This document shows, in pieces, positions 8,801 through 16,294 of a stretch of 23,230 nucleotides of DNA (the first letter of the stretch is position 1; each line of letters starts with the position of its first letter). The notes beneath the pieces are model-generated. The model was given only the letters and a program-made list of their open reading frames with translations. It was not told where the DNA came from and made no database searches. The stretch spans positions 1 through 23,230 of the forward strand of contig JBJMMA010000035.1 in the NCBI GenBank assembly GCA_045805065.1, written 5' to 3'. The translations under genes and the position numbers were made by a program. This stretch comes from Bdellovibrionia bacterium (GTDB lineage Bacteria > Bdellovibrionota > UBA1018).

Positions 8801-9556
8801 TCCAGCATCTGGAAACTTGACGTTGTAGTACGCGATTTGTTTTTCAGCGTAAGACAAGGCGTGCGCGATGTCCTTCAGGTTGTAGTAGGACCAGGCAAGT
8901 TTATAGAGAGCAAAAGGGTAGTGGGCGTCTTCAGGACGCTTCTCAAGCTCTTTTAAGTAGGTGATCGCAAGCGGATGATTGTTGGCTTCGATCGCAAACT
9001 CGGCAAGCGACATATAGGCTGGCGAGGTTTGCTCCGCTTCGGGGTAGTTCTTTACCAGATAAAGATAATCTTTGGTTGCAGCGGTCTTGTTCTCCATCTC
9101 CTCGTACGACTTTCCGCGCATGAAGTAAGCGGTAGCGATATCCGCGTAGTTTGGATAACGGCCGATCAGGAGATTCAGAGTGGAAATGGTTTGATGCAGT
9201 GATTTGTTGTAAGCGGTAAGATCAAGCTTTCCGCCTTTCTTGCTTGCGGCGCCATGGGCAACGCGAAACAAGATGGATGCTTTTTGCTGTTGAAGCTCGG
9301 CGAGCTTGGAGAGAAGAATTGGCTCCTGGCGTGGATTGCCAGTGTACTTCTTGAGAAGAAGAATGAGGCGATTCAGGGAGCTGTCTTGAGCGGCGAGCGC
9401 GGCCTGGTCGACGTCGCGGTCATGTTGCTCGCGTGCTGCTCCTGCAGGTCCTACTGCGCGAACCTGTACGCCCTCGTCGGCTTGAGTTGACGTGTTCTGT
9501 GTGAGTAGAAATGCTAAGTTGAGGATGAACGCGCCGGCGACGAGGTTCCGTTTCAT
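5882..9556 (-). CDS. Secreted/periplasmic tetratricopeptide-repeat protein, AgmU/GltD-like (1224 aa)
   Basis: Sec signal (MKRN...TQA-D); TPR-like helices (YFMRGKSYEEMENKTAATKDYLYLVKNYP, ALYKLAWSYYNL, HYNLAETLFTIENFEGATTHY); C-terminal LPAPKGLSDAEVTAYQDTIRKLTLPFEEKA resembles the AgmU/GltD C-terminus; directly downstream of the motor genes. Confidence 0.8.
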   Translation of the reverse strand: MKRNLVAGAFILNLAFLLTQNTSTQADEGVQVRAVGPAGAAREQHDRDVDQAALAAQDSSLNRLILLLKKYTGNPRQEPILLSKLAELQQQKASILFRVAHGAASKKGGKLDLTAYNKSLHQTISTLNLLIGRYPNYADIATAYFMRGKSYEEMENKTAATKDYLYLVKNYPEAEQTSPAYMSLAEFAIEANNHPLAITYLKELEKRPEDAHYPFALYKLAWSYYNLKDIAHALSYAEKQIAYYNVKFPDAGKEKVSDNLANSDFALKENTLLDIPLFYFQGVEEKDDRYKASAALDYFRKIEKGPLLGKMSYRFAKLIRSRNMEKELVAWKNQFLNEEATRPESLDLIIITYEYLQNQRNFTALVDTAKDLLTLYKKVGREALLKHEQLPKAQKMILDTAENLQAVIVKNKQTEKARELSLTLASLYDTFTQVVVESDPRIPQVHYNLAETLFTIENFEGATTHYRWIVDHWKSINKTVAKGVADSHIKAIAARYEVLRQKKMIPTEVKAVALSKDNSKHGQLDPVLTTWIEWIDQLGDQLASEHKKLKKGEAESEQYKTWDNFNFEANRAIYVSGDQRHAVERLEEFAKKRPHSTYGIPSASLVLDTFITGSDWDATYERATAFHRLDTWKKGEFGKRLYEVAADALYKKIELKYQAKLYKDALEQADEFIKDYKDSARIPDCLSLAGSAALANNEKPRAMGYFTQLIQSDKDPTRVSNALLARASLQEEKFEFGGAVTDYTAYINLYQSGALKDAKQKPDASKVDDLRKKTLALSWLSADGAALKSLLQAKSICTDKLSDECEKYHAINAIQQSATNPPDEDKTIATFNRVHKMDSGEAKALWAIYTLQGAKHLAFRDRNHLLRAVGAGWKDLDALAKFFVLPYINTSIPNAFALNRAAMKDVAPLRANEKYITHRVDSIRELENAVAKIMDLPWARVRAETLNQLASVYQDLAKGLGDLPAPKGLSDAEVTAYQDTIRKLTLPFEEKANDIRTKAFDMASRFAIEGDAFNAITEPFFAENPSQAKKLKSLAEESHAGIVIPKGLKVIGLGMDYLPYIHQAHEASYDAWAAKEKAAGRKPADDSAAQMILTAWTQSLKNRNWVQVAFFLQEAKDRKLFTDSEMGLIRAVSMASAGARGEALVELEETRKIVDAKLEPVVALTLAKYYEDSYAAARAKAIYAAFIPPAPPAPANAPANAPASKAVASGAKAQPADRKPASHK

Positions 9557-9562
9557 TGAGAA

Positions 9563-10072
9563 TCATTCCCCTTTGACTACCGCTAACTTAAAGTCCGTGT
9601 AGCCATTGAGGGCAGCTGAAGCGAGAACGGATTTGATCGTGGAATAGGGAACACGTTGGTCAGCAACGATGATGATCTTGCTATCCACTTTCACGTCCGA
9701 GTTTGCTTTCGCAATCAGAAGACCCTTCTGGCGCTCACGATCCAACGCTTTGCTCAGCGTGTCCGAAGCGCCATTGGCCTGGAGGTCAGACTTATTGAAA
9801 GCGTACTTTTGCAGCTCAACAATCGGCTTGCCTTCGAGACTCACAGCCTGCTCAGAGACTTCGAGTTTCAAGGCTTCAACCGAGGCTTCCGCGGCATTGG
9901 CTTGCGGTAAGAGCATGCCTTTGGAAGGATTGACCTCGATTGCGCTGGTTGCGAAGCTCTTCAACAAAAACACGAGAAGAACAGTGAAAATATCGGCCAT
10001 TGCAGTAATCTGCAGCGCCATCTCTTCACTCTGAACTCTGCGTTTTTTGAATAGCTTACTTTTGCTTTTCAT
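9563..10072 (-). CDS. ExbD/TolR family protein, AglS-like
   Basis: TM segment LQITAMADIFTVLLVFLLKSF with conserved Asp; C-terminal IIIVADQRVPYSTIKSVLASAALNGYTDFKLAV. ATG at 10072 (GGAG 5 nt upstream) preferred over the ORF-track TTG at 10093. Confidence 0.88.
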   Translation of the reverse strand: MKSKSKLFKKRRVQSEEMALQITAMADIFTVLLVFLLKSFATSAIEVNPSKGMLLPQANAAEASVEALKLEVSEQAVSLEGKPIVELQKYAFNKSDLQANGASDTLSKALDRERQKGLLIAKANSDVKVDSKIIIVADQRVPYSTIKSVLASAALNGYTDFKLAVVKGE

Positions 10073-10132
10073 GACGACTCCATGACTCCCCAAACCGGCA
10101 CAGACTAGTTGGGCCGGTCTGGGTTATTGTTC

Positions 10133-10160
10133 GTATCGGGTTCTGGTTTAAAGGGCTTTA
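10133..10160 (-). promoter_or_regulatory. Possible internal sigma-28-like promoter between the two exbD-like genes
   Basis: Minus strand TAAA-N16-CCCGATAC in the ~105-bp gap; spacer is one nt longer than canonical. Confidence 0.45.
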
Positions 10161-10177
10161 GGCGAAAGGTCTGCGGA

Positions 10178-10639
10178 TCAGAATCCACCCAGCAAAACGA
10201 CTGGCATGGTCTTACGCACGACGTCCATCGACTTCACGATGTTCTGATACTCCACGGTATTATCCGCTGAGAGTGTCACCGCGTTGACGGTCGGCCACTG
10301 CGACTTCAGATTCTGAAGCGTGTGGACGAGCTCATCATAATTCCACTCTTCGCCTTTCTTGGCGATTGGCGTAGTGGAAGTGCTTTTGCCCGAGACCTTC
10401 ACCGTGAATTTGTGATCCGAGCCAAGCTCGATCGCGATATTCACAGGAGGAGGGGTTGCATTGTCTGTGGACGTCGCGCCCGAAGCCGCCACACCTGCAT
10501 CCAGGATCCCGATCGAGAGAAAGGATGCCGAGGCGAGCATGAACGCGATGAGAACCGTCAGACAGTCGATGATTGGCGCCAGGTTAATATCAAAGTCCTG
10601 GCTGCCACCACTGCCTTCTTGGCCAAAACTTGCGCTCAT
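10178..10639 (-). CDS. ExbD/TolR family protein, AglQ-like
   Basis: DINLAPIIDCLTVLIAFML TM segment with the conserved proton-channel Asp; VTLSADNTVEYQNIVKSMD; start overlaps the upstream stop (TAATG). Confidence 0.88.
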   Translation of the reverse strand: MSASFGQEGSGGSQDFDINLAPIIDCLTVLIAFMLASASFLSIGILDAGVAASGATSTDNATPPPVNIAIELGSDHKFTVKVSGKSTSTTPIAKKGEEWNYDELVHTLQNLKSQWPTVNAVTLSADNTVEYQNIVKSMDVVRKTMPVVLLGGF

Positions 10640-11334
10640 TATGCAGCCCTCTTCAGATTGACGACGTTGCCTTCTTCTTCAGAAGATCCATGAGATGCGC
10701 CACCTGCTTCAGCCTGATAGTAGCGTTGCTTGAGGATATCCATCACGCGGATCGCGGATTGATCGATATCTCCGACCAGGCGATTGGTGCGGTTGATGAG
10801 GAAGCTGAAAGCCACCATACATGGAATAGCGACACCCAGACCCATCATCGTGGCGTTCATGGCAGTCGAGATACCAGCGGCAAGAAGTGCGGACTTCTGT
10901 TGTGGGTCAGCATGACCGACAGCTTCGAAGGATGCGATCAGACCGGCGATGGTTCCCAAGAGGCCGAGAAGGGTTGCAACGTTCGCAATCGTTGCCAGGA
11001 AGCTCGTACGCTTTTGAATCGTAGCGGTTGCTTCATGGGTTGCGAGCTGAAGACCATTCTCAATCAGGGTTTCTGGCTGATGCGCGCGAAGAAGCGCTTG
11101 TTTTGCAACATGAGCGACTGGCTTCGTTGGCATGCGGTCGCAGAGAGCGACGGCTTCAGCGACCTTGCCTGCGAGCACCAGGTCCGTGAGCTTATCAAAG
11201 AATCCCTGAGCGTCCTTAATCGGATAGACCTGGAAGAGAGCGCGGGATCTTTCAATCATGATCGCAAGAGCGACGGCTCCAGCAATCAGGATTGGTGCGA
11301 CGTGGCCGAGATTATTTTTAATGAAATCAAACAT
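10639..11334 (-). CDS. MotA/TolQ/ExbB proton-channel family protein, AglR-like
   Basis: N-terminal TM ending IMIER; FLATIANVATLLGLLGTIAGLIASFEAV and GISTAMNATMMGLGVAIP are TM2/TM3 family signatures. Confidence 0.92.
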   Translation of the reverse strand: MFDFIKNNLGHVAPILIAGAVALAIMIERSRALFQVYPIKDAQGFFDKLTDLVLAGKVAEAVALCDRMPTKPVAHVAKQALLRAHQPETLIENGLQLATHEATATIQKRTSFLATIANVATLLGLLGTIAGLIASFEAVGHADPQQKSALLAAGISTAMNATMMGLGVAIPCMVAFSFLINRTNRLVGDIDQSAIRVMDILKQRYYQAEAGGASHGSSEEEGNVVNLKRAA

Positions 11335-11346
11335 GCGAGCGACTCC

Positions 11347-13059
11347 TTATTGATTGACGAACTTAGGTTGATAGTTGACGTTGATTGTGTCCGTTGCCGC
11401 GAAGCTCAGGACCAAAGCTTGATCGTTGATGACGATGTTGCTTCCCGAGATCGTGTATTTCGAAGCAGGGATGACAGTCGAACTTCCGTCTCCATGGACG
11501 AGAGTGACGATCATGTCTTCCTGACCCGTAGGAATACGAGACAGCGGGAAAGTGCTCTTCTTCAGGATGATGGCCTGGCCGATCTGATCGAGAAGAGGAG
11601 AGTAGTCGCTTGCGCCGAGGTCGAGCTTCACTGATCCAGGGACCAGGTCAGCCAGAGCCAAGTAGCGGTCGCCTCGGTCAGAAGCAGGATTCTTGATCTG
11701 ACCAGTTGCCGCGTCATCTGCTAGGCGGGCGGTACGCAAGGCATCCAGTGTTGAAGCCGTTAACGGCGTGATCACTGCGACGAAGTAGTTGGGATCGGTA
11801 GCTCCTGCGCCATCGAGGTTCAGGAAAAAACTATCCAATTGGGTTTTGATGGAAGAAACGGGCTTTAGCTTTGCTGTGACTGGGCAAAGGCCTACGCGAT
11901 AGTGCGTTCCATCGACCACTTTGTCTGGGCATGCATTGGTGACATCGGTATACGAGCAGCTGCCGCCGGTGCAGCAATAGGTGCTCAGTGCTCCTGACGT
12001 GTTGTAGTTCAGGAGGAAGCTCTTATCGCAAACATAGTTTGCGTATGGACCTGCACTCGTGGAGTTTGCTGCTTCGATGTCCATGGTTTGATCGTCTTCG
12101 TCGGTGACGAAGATGATGCCGCGTGCGGAATTTGCGCGGAAAAACTTGGTAGGCGAGGCAGAGACTTCATTATCCGTCATGAACTGGATGACGGATTGAA
12201 GACCGCGCTCGGATCCACCACCAGCCGAACCCGTCGTTGCGTTGACGATGAAGTCCTTAGCAAGTTGCTGAGTCCATGCCGTCAGTGCAGCGCCGGTCAA
12301 GTTGGAGGCTGGCATCGTGGAGATGATCGCCTTACCGCTGTGAACCGTATCATTTTGAGTCGTGTTCACGCACTGAGTGATGGCCGTTTCACTGCCGGAT
12401 GGGCTCAAGCAGTGGGAAGTGCCGTTGTATGCAGTGGTGCCTGCTTTGTCGCGGATATCGCAACGGGTTTCACCGTTCAAGAAATAAGGCATCGCTTCGG
12501 AGCAGAATGCGGCGATTGGGCCGTCATGCAGTCCTGGAATCAGCTTTGCGTAATTTGCTGACGCTGCTTTTGGATAAACATCCTTGTTGAGGGTGTTTCG
12601 AAGAATCTTGCCTGTGCCGTCAACGAACGTAGGATCATTGAAAGCAACCGTTCTTGAAGCAAGATAGGTCGAAGTTTGATTGGCGCTGTTGAACGCAGTC
12701 GCGTTGAAATAAGTCTGGAAAGCAGGGTTTGCCAGATAAGTATCCGTCGTGATGACTGCCACGCGGATATCCCAGGTAGGGAGCATGTACTTATTGGCAA
12801 ATCCGGTCAGACCGTTACGAAGTTTGTCCTGAACGGTATCCATACTTGCCGAGTTATCGACCACCCAGAGCAAATCAATCTTGGTGTTGATCTGAAGCTG
12901 AGCGCCGAAGTTCTGGCTTTGTTGAGCCAGACGGAAAGAGTTTGGAATCTGTCCCGTGCAGCCGGACACGCCGATTACGCCTGCCATCAGGCTCACGCCA
13001 ATGGCTTTATTTAATGTTGCGGTCACTGGATGTTTTACTGATGAATTCGGGCGTTTCAT
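11347..13059 (-). CDS. Cys-rich von Willebrand factor A (VWA) domain lipoprotein, CglB-like architecture
   Basis: Lipobox VSG-C (Cys34); IDLLWVVDNSASM with DxSxS MIDAS; IRVAVITTD, GSERGL and IIFVTDEDD VWA elements; ten further Cys; small C-terminal beta domain (FPLSRIP...INVNYQP). Confidence 0.82.
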   Translation of the reverse strand: MKRPNSSVKHPVTATLNKAIGVSLMAGVIGVSGCTGQIPNSFRLAQQSQNFGAQLQINTKIDLLWVVDNSASMDTVQDKLRNGLTGFANKYMLPTWDIRVAVITTDTYLANPAFQTYFNATAFNSANQTSTYLASRTVAFNDPTFVDGTGKILRNTLNKDVYPKAASANYAKLIPGLHDGPIAAFCSEAMPYFLNGETRCDIRDKAGTTAYNGTSHCLSPSGSETAITQCVNTTQNDTVHSGKAIISTMPASNLTGAALTAWTQQLAKDFIVNATTGSAGGGSERGLQSVIQFMTDNEVSASPTKFFRANSARGIIFVTDEDDQTMDIEAANSTSAGPYANYVCDKSFLLNYNTSGALSTYCCTGGSCSYTDVTNACPDKVVDGTHYRVGLCPVTAKLKPVSSIKTQLDSFFLNLDGAGATDPNYFVAVITPLTASTLDALRTARLADDAATGQIKNPASDRGDRYLALADLVPGSVKLDLGASDYSPLLDQIGQAIILKKSTFPLSRIPTGQEDMIVTLVHGDGSSTVIPASKYTISGSNIVINDQALVLSFAATDTINVNYQPKFVNQ

Positions 13060-13102
13060 AATGCACCTGTCCCTATTCGTTCGACCATTGAGTCACTGAT
13101 AT

Positions 13103-14104
13103 TCACTGACTCTTGGAACCCTTGTTTGCGCCGCCGCTATGTGCGACCTGAACCGATGCCGTAGAACGGGATGGTTCGTTGCCAGCGCGACCTGCACAAG
13201 CCATCGCCATTTCGCCGCCAACCCAGTCCTTGAAGATCTCAAGCTTGGAGTTGCCAGCAGCCGTGCGTTGACTTGCGAGCTCCTGCTCTTCGACAGCTTT
13301 CTTGAGATCGCCGTCCAGAGCCTGGTTCACTTCGCCGTTTTTCTGAGCGTCAGAAGCTTCCCACTGAGCCAGGCCGGTGTCTTCGTTGGATCCACCGCTG
13401 ATGGCTTCGAGGAATTCATCTTTCTTCGCTGCTTCTTGTTTTGGATATGGGCAGCCTTCAGAGCATTTTGCCTTGCCGACGCAGAAACGCGCGGTCACGA
13501 TATCTTTTGGGCCAGCCACTGCGCCGATCACGAACTCGCCGACTTTACCGGTGAGTGCTTCGTGGCGCACTGGAGTTCCGTTCACGCGAATGCACACTGA
13601 AGAAGCGTGAACATCCGTGCGTGGCAATTTGATGAGATTGCGATGGTGACTGCATTCATCATCGCTTCCATGCGTTGCCATGGCTTTGTGGTTAAAGGTG
13701 AGAGTGAAGCAGCCATCGGTCATCGTCATAGGTGTTGCTGCGGATTTGGAATCTCCGGTAGTTGCACCATTGAGAGCAACAGGGCTTTGAGAGCCGCTTT
13801 GAATTTGCGAGCCGTTCACAGAGGTGGCTTCGCTTCCGTGAGTGCTCGAGGTCGAGGAACCTTGAGCAACAGAGCCGCCGGTTGTTTTGCCGTCGACGGA
13901 GTTCTTTGCCACCGAGTTGTTTGATGAAGTAGAAGGTGCGCCTTCATTAGAAGGGGCCGTCGACTTGCTCAAGCTCTGAGGAGATTGAGAAAGAGTCGGA
14001 TGTTTCGCGCGCCAGCCCATCCAGCCTCCTGCAATGAGAAGGAGAGGGAGTGCGATCACCGCGCCTTTGATCCACTTTTGTTTGTTGTTTTCGATTTGGC
14101 TCAT
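13103..14104 (-). CDS. Hypothetical membrane-anchored protein with Ser-rich linker and small Cys-rich domain
   Basis: One N-terminal TM (WIKGAVIALPLLLIAGGWMGW), S/T/G-rich linker, then a domain with six Cys (GCFTL, ECSHH, VCIRVNG, FCVGKAKCSEGCP). ATG at 14104 preferred over TTG at 14158; start uncertain. Confidence 0.75.
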   Translation of the reverse strand: MSQIENNKQKWIKGAVIALPLLLIAGGWMGWRAKHPTLSQSPQSLSKSTAPSNEGAPSTSSNNSVAKNSVDGKTTGGSVAQGSSTSSTHGSEATSVNGSQIQSGSQSPVALNGATTGDSKSAATPMTMTDGCFTLTFNHKAMATHGSDDECSHHRNLIKLPRTDVHASSVCIRVNGTPVRHEALTGKVGEFVIGAVAGPKDIVTARFCVGKAKCSEGCPYPKQEAAKKDEFLEAISGGSNEDTGLAQWEASDAQKNGEVNQALDGDLKKAVEEQELASQRTAAGNSKLEIFKDWVGGEMAMACAGRAGNEPSRSTASVQVAHSGGANKGSKSQ

Positions 14105-14252
14105 AAATGTATTTTTCCCTGATGTGTTAAATATACTTAACAGATAGCGCAAAAGCAAACTATTTTAGTCTGGTATACTTTCCCCATAAAGTTCATGAGT
14201 TAGCGAGATCTCGATTTTATGTACCCCCGAGAAGCACTCGCCACATGACTAC

Positions 14253-14279
14253 AGATCGGCAGAAGTCTGCAATAGTTGA
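14253..14279 (-). promoter_or_regulatory. Sigma-28-like promoter facing the leftward motor/adhesin operon
   Basis: Minus strand TCAA-N15-GCCGATCT. Confidence 0.5.
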
Positions 14280-14304
14280 CTTAAAAAGTATGAAATACGA
14301 TACT
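14276..14304 (+). promoter_or_regulatory. Sigma-70-like promoter upstream of the first flp
   Basis: TTGACT (14276-14281)-N17-GATACT (14299-14304). Confidence 0.5.
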
Positions 14305-14331
14305 TAAGAAGTACCGGCCAGTTTCCGAAGA
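14305..14331 (+). promoter_or_regulatory. Sigma-28-like promoter upstream of the first flp
   Basis: TAAG-N15-TCCGAAGA, followed by strong RBS AGGAGG (14341-14346) and ATG at 14357. Confidence 0.55.
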
Positions 14332-14356
14332 AGCTGGAGTAGGAGGAACGGCTAAT

Positions 14357-14569
14357 ATGACTCGACACCTTGGGGATTCAAAAAATTGGAAACGCCTGGC
14401 CAACCGGTTTTGGCAGGATGAGCGTGGCCAATCCACGACTGAGTACATCTTGATCCTGTCTGTGGTCGTGATGGTTGCGATGAAGTTCAAGTCCACCTTC
14501 ATGAAACAAATGGATGCGGCTGTGAATAAGTTTGGTTCTGAAATGGACCAGGCGATGTCGGATCAATAA
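14357..14569 (+). CDS. flp: Flp family pilin (probable major pilin)
   Basis: 70 aa; FWQDERG|QSTTEYILILSVVVMVAM Flp prepilin motif (Gly-1, Glu+5, Tyr+6); AGGAGG RBS. Confidence 0.92.
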   Translation: MTRHLGDSKNWKRLANRFWQDERGQSTTEYILILSVVVMVAMKFKSTFMKQMDAAVNKFGSEMDQAMSDQ

Positions 14570-14591
14570 GAAGAGATCCGCGCGTTTTTTT
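14559..14591 (+). terminator. Possible weak terminator/attenuator after the first flp
   Basis: CGGATC...GATCCG 6-bp stem spanning the stop codon, then CGCG and a T7 run. Confidence 0.4.
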
Positions 14592-14733
14592 CGGCAAAAT
14601 TTGCAGTCTGAATTTATGATCGCTCGGCAGATTGTGCCGATGCGACGTTATTTATTTCGTGTGTAACAAGTGAATACTGGCAAAGCCAGCAGCTGATCGT
14701 CATAATAGTGTATGGGGCCGGGGGTAGGGTTTC

Positions 14734-14943
14734 ATGACTGAATTGGCGAAAAAATTTGTTCGCGATGAATCAGGACAAGCCATCACGGAGTACATCCTGA
14801 TCATGTCGCTCGCGCTCGGGGGCGCAGTCGCTATCAGCAAAGGTCTGATGGGCGTGCTGGATAAATTCACTCTCGCCTTCGGTGCTCAGCTTGAAAAAGA
14901 TCTGAAAGCGGGGAGGGCGCCTAGCAGTGTCTGGACCAACTGA
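14734..14943 (+). CDS. flp: Second Flp family pilin
   Basis: 69 aa; FVRDESG|QAITEYILIMSLALGGAV. Confidence 0.88.
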   Translation: MTELAKKFVRDESGQAITEYILIMSLALGGAVAISKGLMGVLDKFTLAFGAQLEKDLKAGRAPSSVWTN

Positions 14944-15475
14944 CACCACTCTTCTGATCTATGCTATTCTCGCAATCTCCGTTTGCGGCGCGCTCACGGA
15001 TCTTGTTTGCGGGAAGATCTTCAATTGGCTGACGCTTCCCGCGCTGGTGCTGGGACTTGCGGCCTCAACCTGGTTGAATGGCTGGACAGGACTTTCGACA
15101 GCTGTGCTGGGAACTCTGGCTGGCTTAATTCTTTACGGCTGGATGTTTGTCCTGGGCGCGATGGGTGCAGGCGATGTGAAATTCATCATGGCGCTTGGTG
15201 CCTGGGGTGGAGTTCGTTTCGCAGTTCAGACCGCACTTCTGGGTGTTCTGGTGGGCGGTCTTTTGGCCGTTCTTATGCTGGTTTTCAGCGGAAAAATGCC
15301 TGGTTTCTTAAAACGCGTGCACCGCTTTTTCCTGACCCTGTTTGTTCGCGAGCTCGAGATCGAAATGCCTAAAATCAATCACGCGATGACGATGCCATTC
15401 GGGATCCCGATTGCGATCGCAGCGGCCTGGGTTGCATTAGGGGATCCATTTTCTTTCCTGGGAGTGACGTTATGA
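14927..15475 (+). CDS. cpaA: Prepilin peptidase, A24 family (CpaA/TadV)
   Basis: Multi-TM; ALTDL (Asp1), KIFNWLT, MGAGDVKFIMALGAW (Asp2), C-terminal MPFGIPIA; GTG start overlapping the flp stop region. Confidence 0.92.
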   Translation: MSGPTDTTLLIYAILAISVCGALTDLVCGKIFNWLTLPALVLGLAASTWLNGWTGLSTAVLGTLAGLILYGWMFVLGAMGAGDVKFIMALGAWGGVRFAVQTALLGVLVGGLLAVLMLVFSGKMPGFLKRVHRFFLTLFVRELEIEMPKINHAMTMPFGIPIAIAAAWVALGDPFSFLGVTL

Positions 15476-15753
15476 GAAAACTCCCTCCTTCTCCAATCGC
15501 TTCTGAGGAAGGCCAGGCTATTCTTGAGTACATCCTTCTAATCTCAATCGTGGGCTTGCTCTTTGTCGGTCTGATGAACGGTCTCGGAAAGATTGATGTC
15601 ATCAAAAGGCTGATGAAGCCGCTCAATGGCGACTACGCCCACGCTTATCAATACGGACATCCCAAAGCATTGGGCTTTGATGATGGAGGGCCACAGAAAC
15701 ATCCGCGCGCCATTGGCGGGGATAGCTTCAGGATTTTTTATGCTAGGCCATGA
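15472..15753 (+). CDS. Flp/TadE-like minor pilin
   Basis: SEEG|QAILEYILLISIVGLLFV prepilin motif with a ~55-aa C-terminal extension; ATGA overlap with the peptidase gene. Confidence 0.82.
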   Translation: MRKLPPSPIASEEGQAILEYILLISIVGLLFVGLMNGLGKIDVIKRLMKPLNGDYAHAYQYGHPKALGFDDGGPQKHPRAIGGDSFRIFYARP

Positions 15754-16294
15754 TAGAAAATCAGAGAGCGGGCAATCCACCGTAGAGTTCGCGCTGACGA
15801 TGATTCTGGTCTCATCGTTCATGTTTCTTTTCTTCCAGCTCTCCATGGTTATGGGAATGAGCTCGTATATCCAATACGCCACTTTTATGGCGGCACGTGC
15901 TTATCTATCCGCCGGCCCGGATGTTCAGGATCAGCAGACTCGCGCAAGGACGGTCATTCAGCAAATGCTCAAAGCGCCCGGAAACTCAGCGAAAGATCGC
16001 CTTCCCACCATCGTCAAAGGGGATGGGGGGTCTGATGGGACAGTCCCGGGTCTGAGTTTTGACGCCGCTCAGTTTGATCCCAAGAGCCGAAATTACAGTT
16101 GGCTGCAGGGAATCCGATATAGCTTCAAGGGGCGTGTGTTTTTAATGCCCATTGGGACCGGCGGGGCCACCAAGCCTGGGGCCGCAACGGTGTCCCTGAC
16201 GTCTGAAAGCTTTTTAGGAAGAGAGGCAACCACTGAGGAATGCCGCTCTGACATGAAGAATAGAGGAGATGGGATTTACGATAATGGCTGCTGA
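15740..16294 (+). CDS. tadE: TadE-like pseudopilin
   Basis: KSESG|QSTVEFALTMILV followed by YATFMAARAY (TadE-type AAR motif). ATG at 15740 with AGGA RBS preferred over the ORF-track start at 15626. Confidence 0.85.
   Translation: MLGHDRKSESGQSTVEFALTMILVSSFMFLFFQLSMVMGMSSYIQYATFMAARAYLSAGPDVQDQQTRARTVIQQMLKAPGNSAKDRLPTIVKGDGGSDGTVPGLSFDAAQFDPKSRNYSWLQGIRYSFKGRVFLMPIGTGGATKPGAATVSLTSESFLGREATTEECRSDMKNRGDGIYDNGC

Noticed and set aside
5888..9490. Long + strand ORFs (219, 236, 212, 287 aa) opposite the TPR gene
   Set aside because: Antisense shadows of a well-supported gene; no recognisable motifs or RBS.
9563..11334. Canonical Tol-Pal or TonB-ExbBD uptake system
   Set aside because: No tolA/tolB/pal, tonB or TonB-dependent receptor nearby; two distinct ExbDs plus a large TPR protein fit the Agl type better.
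10630..11634. 334-aa + strand ORF opposite the TolQ-like and VWA genes
   Set aside because: Entirely antisense to genes with clear family motifs; protein is not recognisable.
14592..14733. Possible c-di-GMP riboswitch or sRNA between the two flp genes (hairpins TCGGCA-gattg-TGCCGA and CTGGC-aaa-GCCAG)
   Set aside because: Only two short stems; the GEMM-I architecture (GNRA tetraloop with receptor and conserved junction) could not be matched by eye. An Infernal/Rfam scan would settle it.
15626..15739. N-terminal extension of the TadE-like ORF given by the ORF track
   Set aside because: Overlaps the 93-aa pilin gene by more than 100 bp; ATG 15740 has an RBS and gives a normal short prepilin leader.
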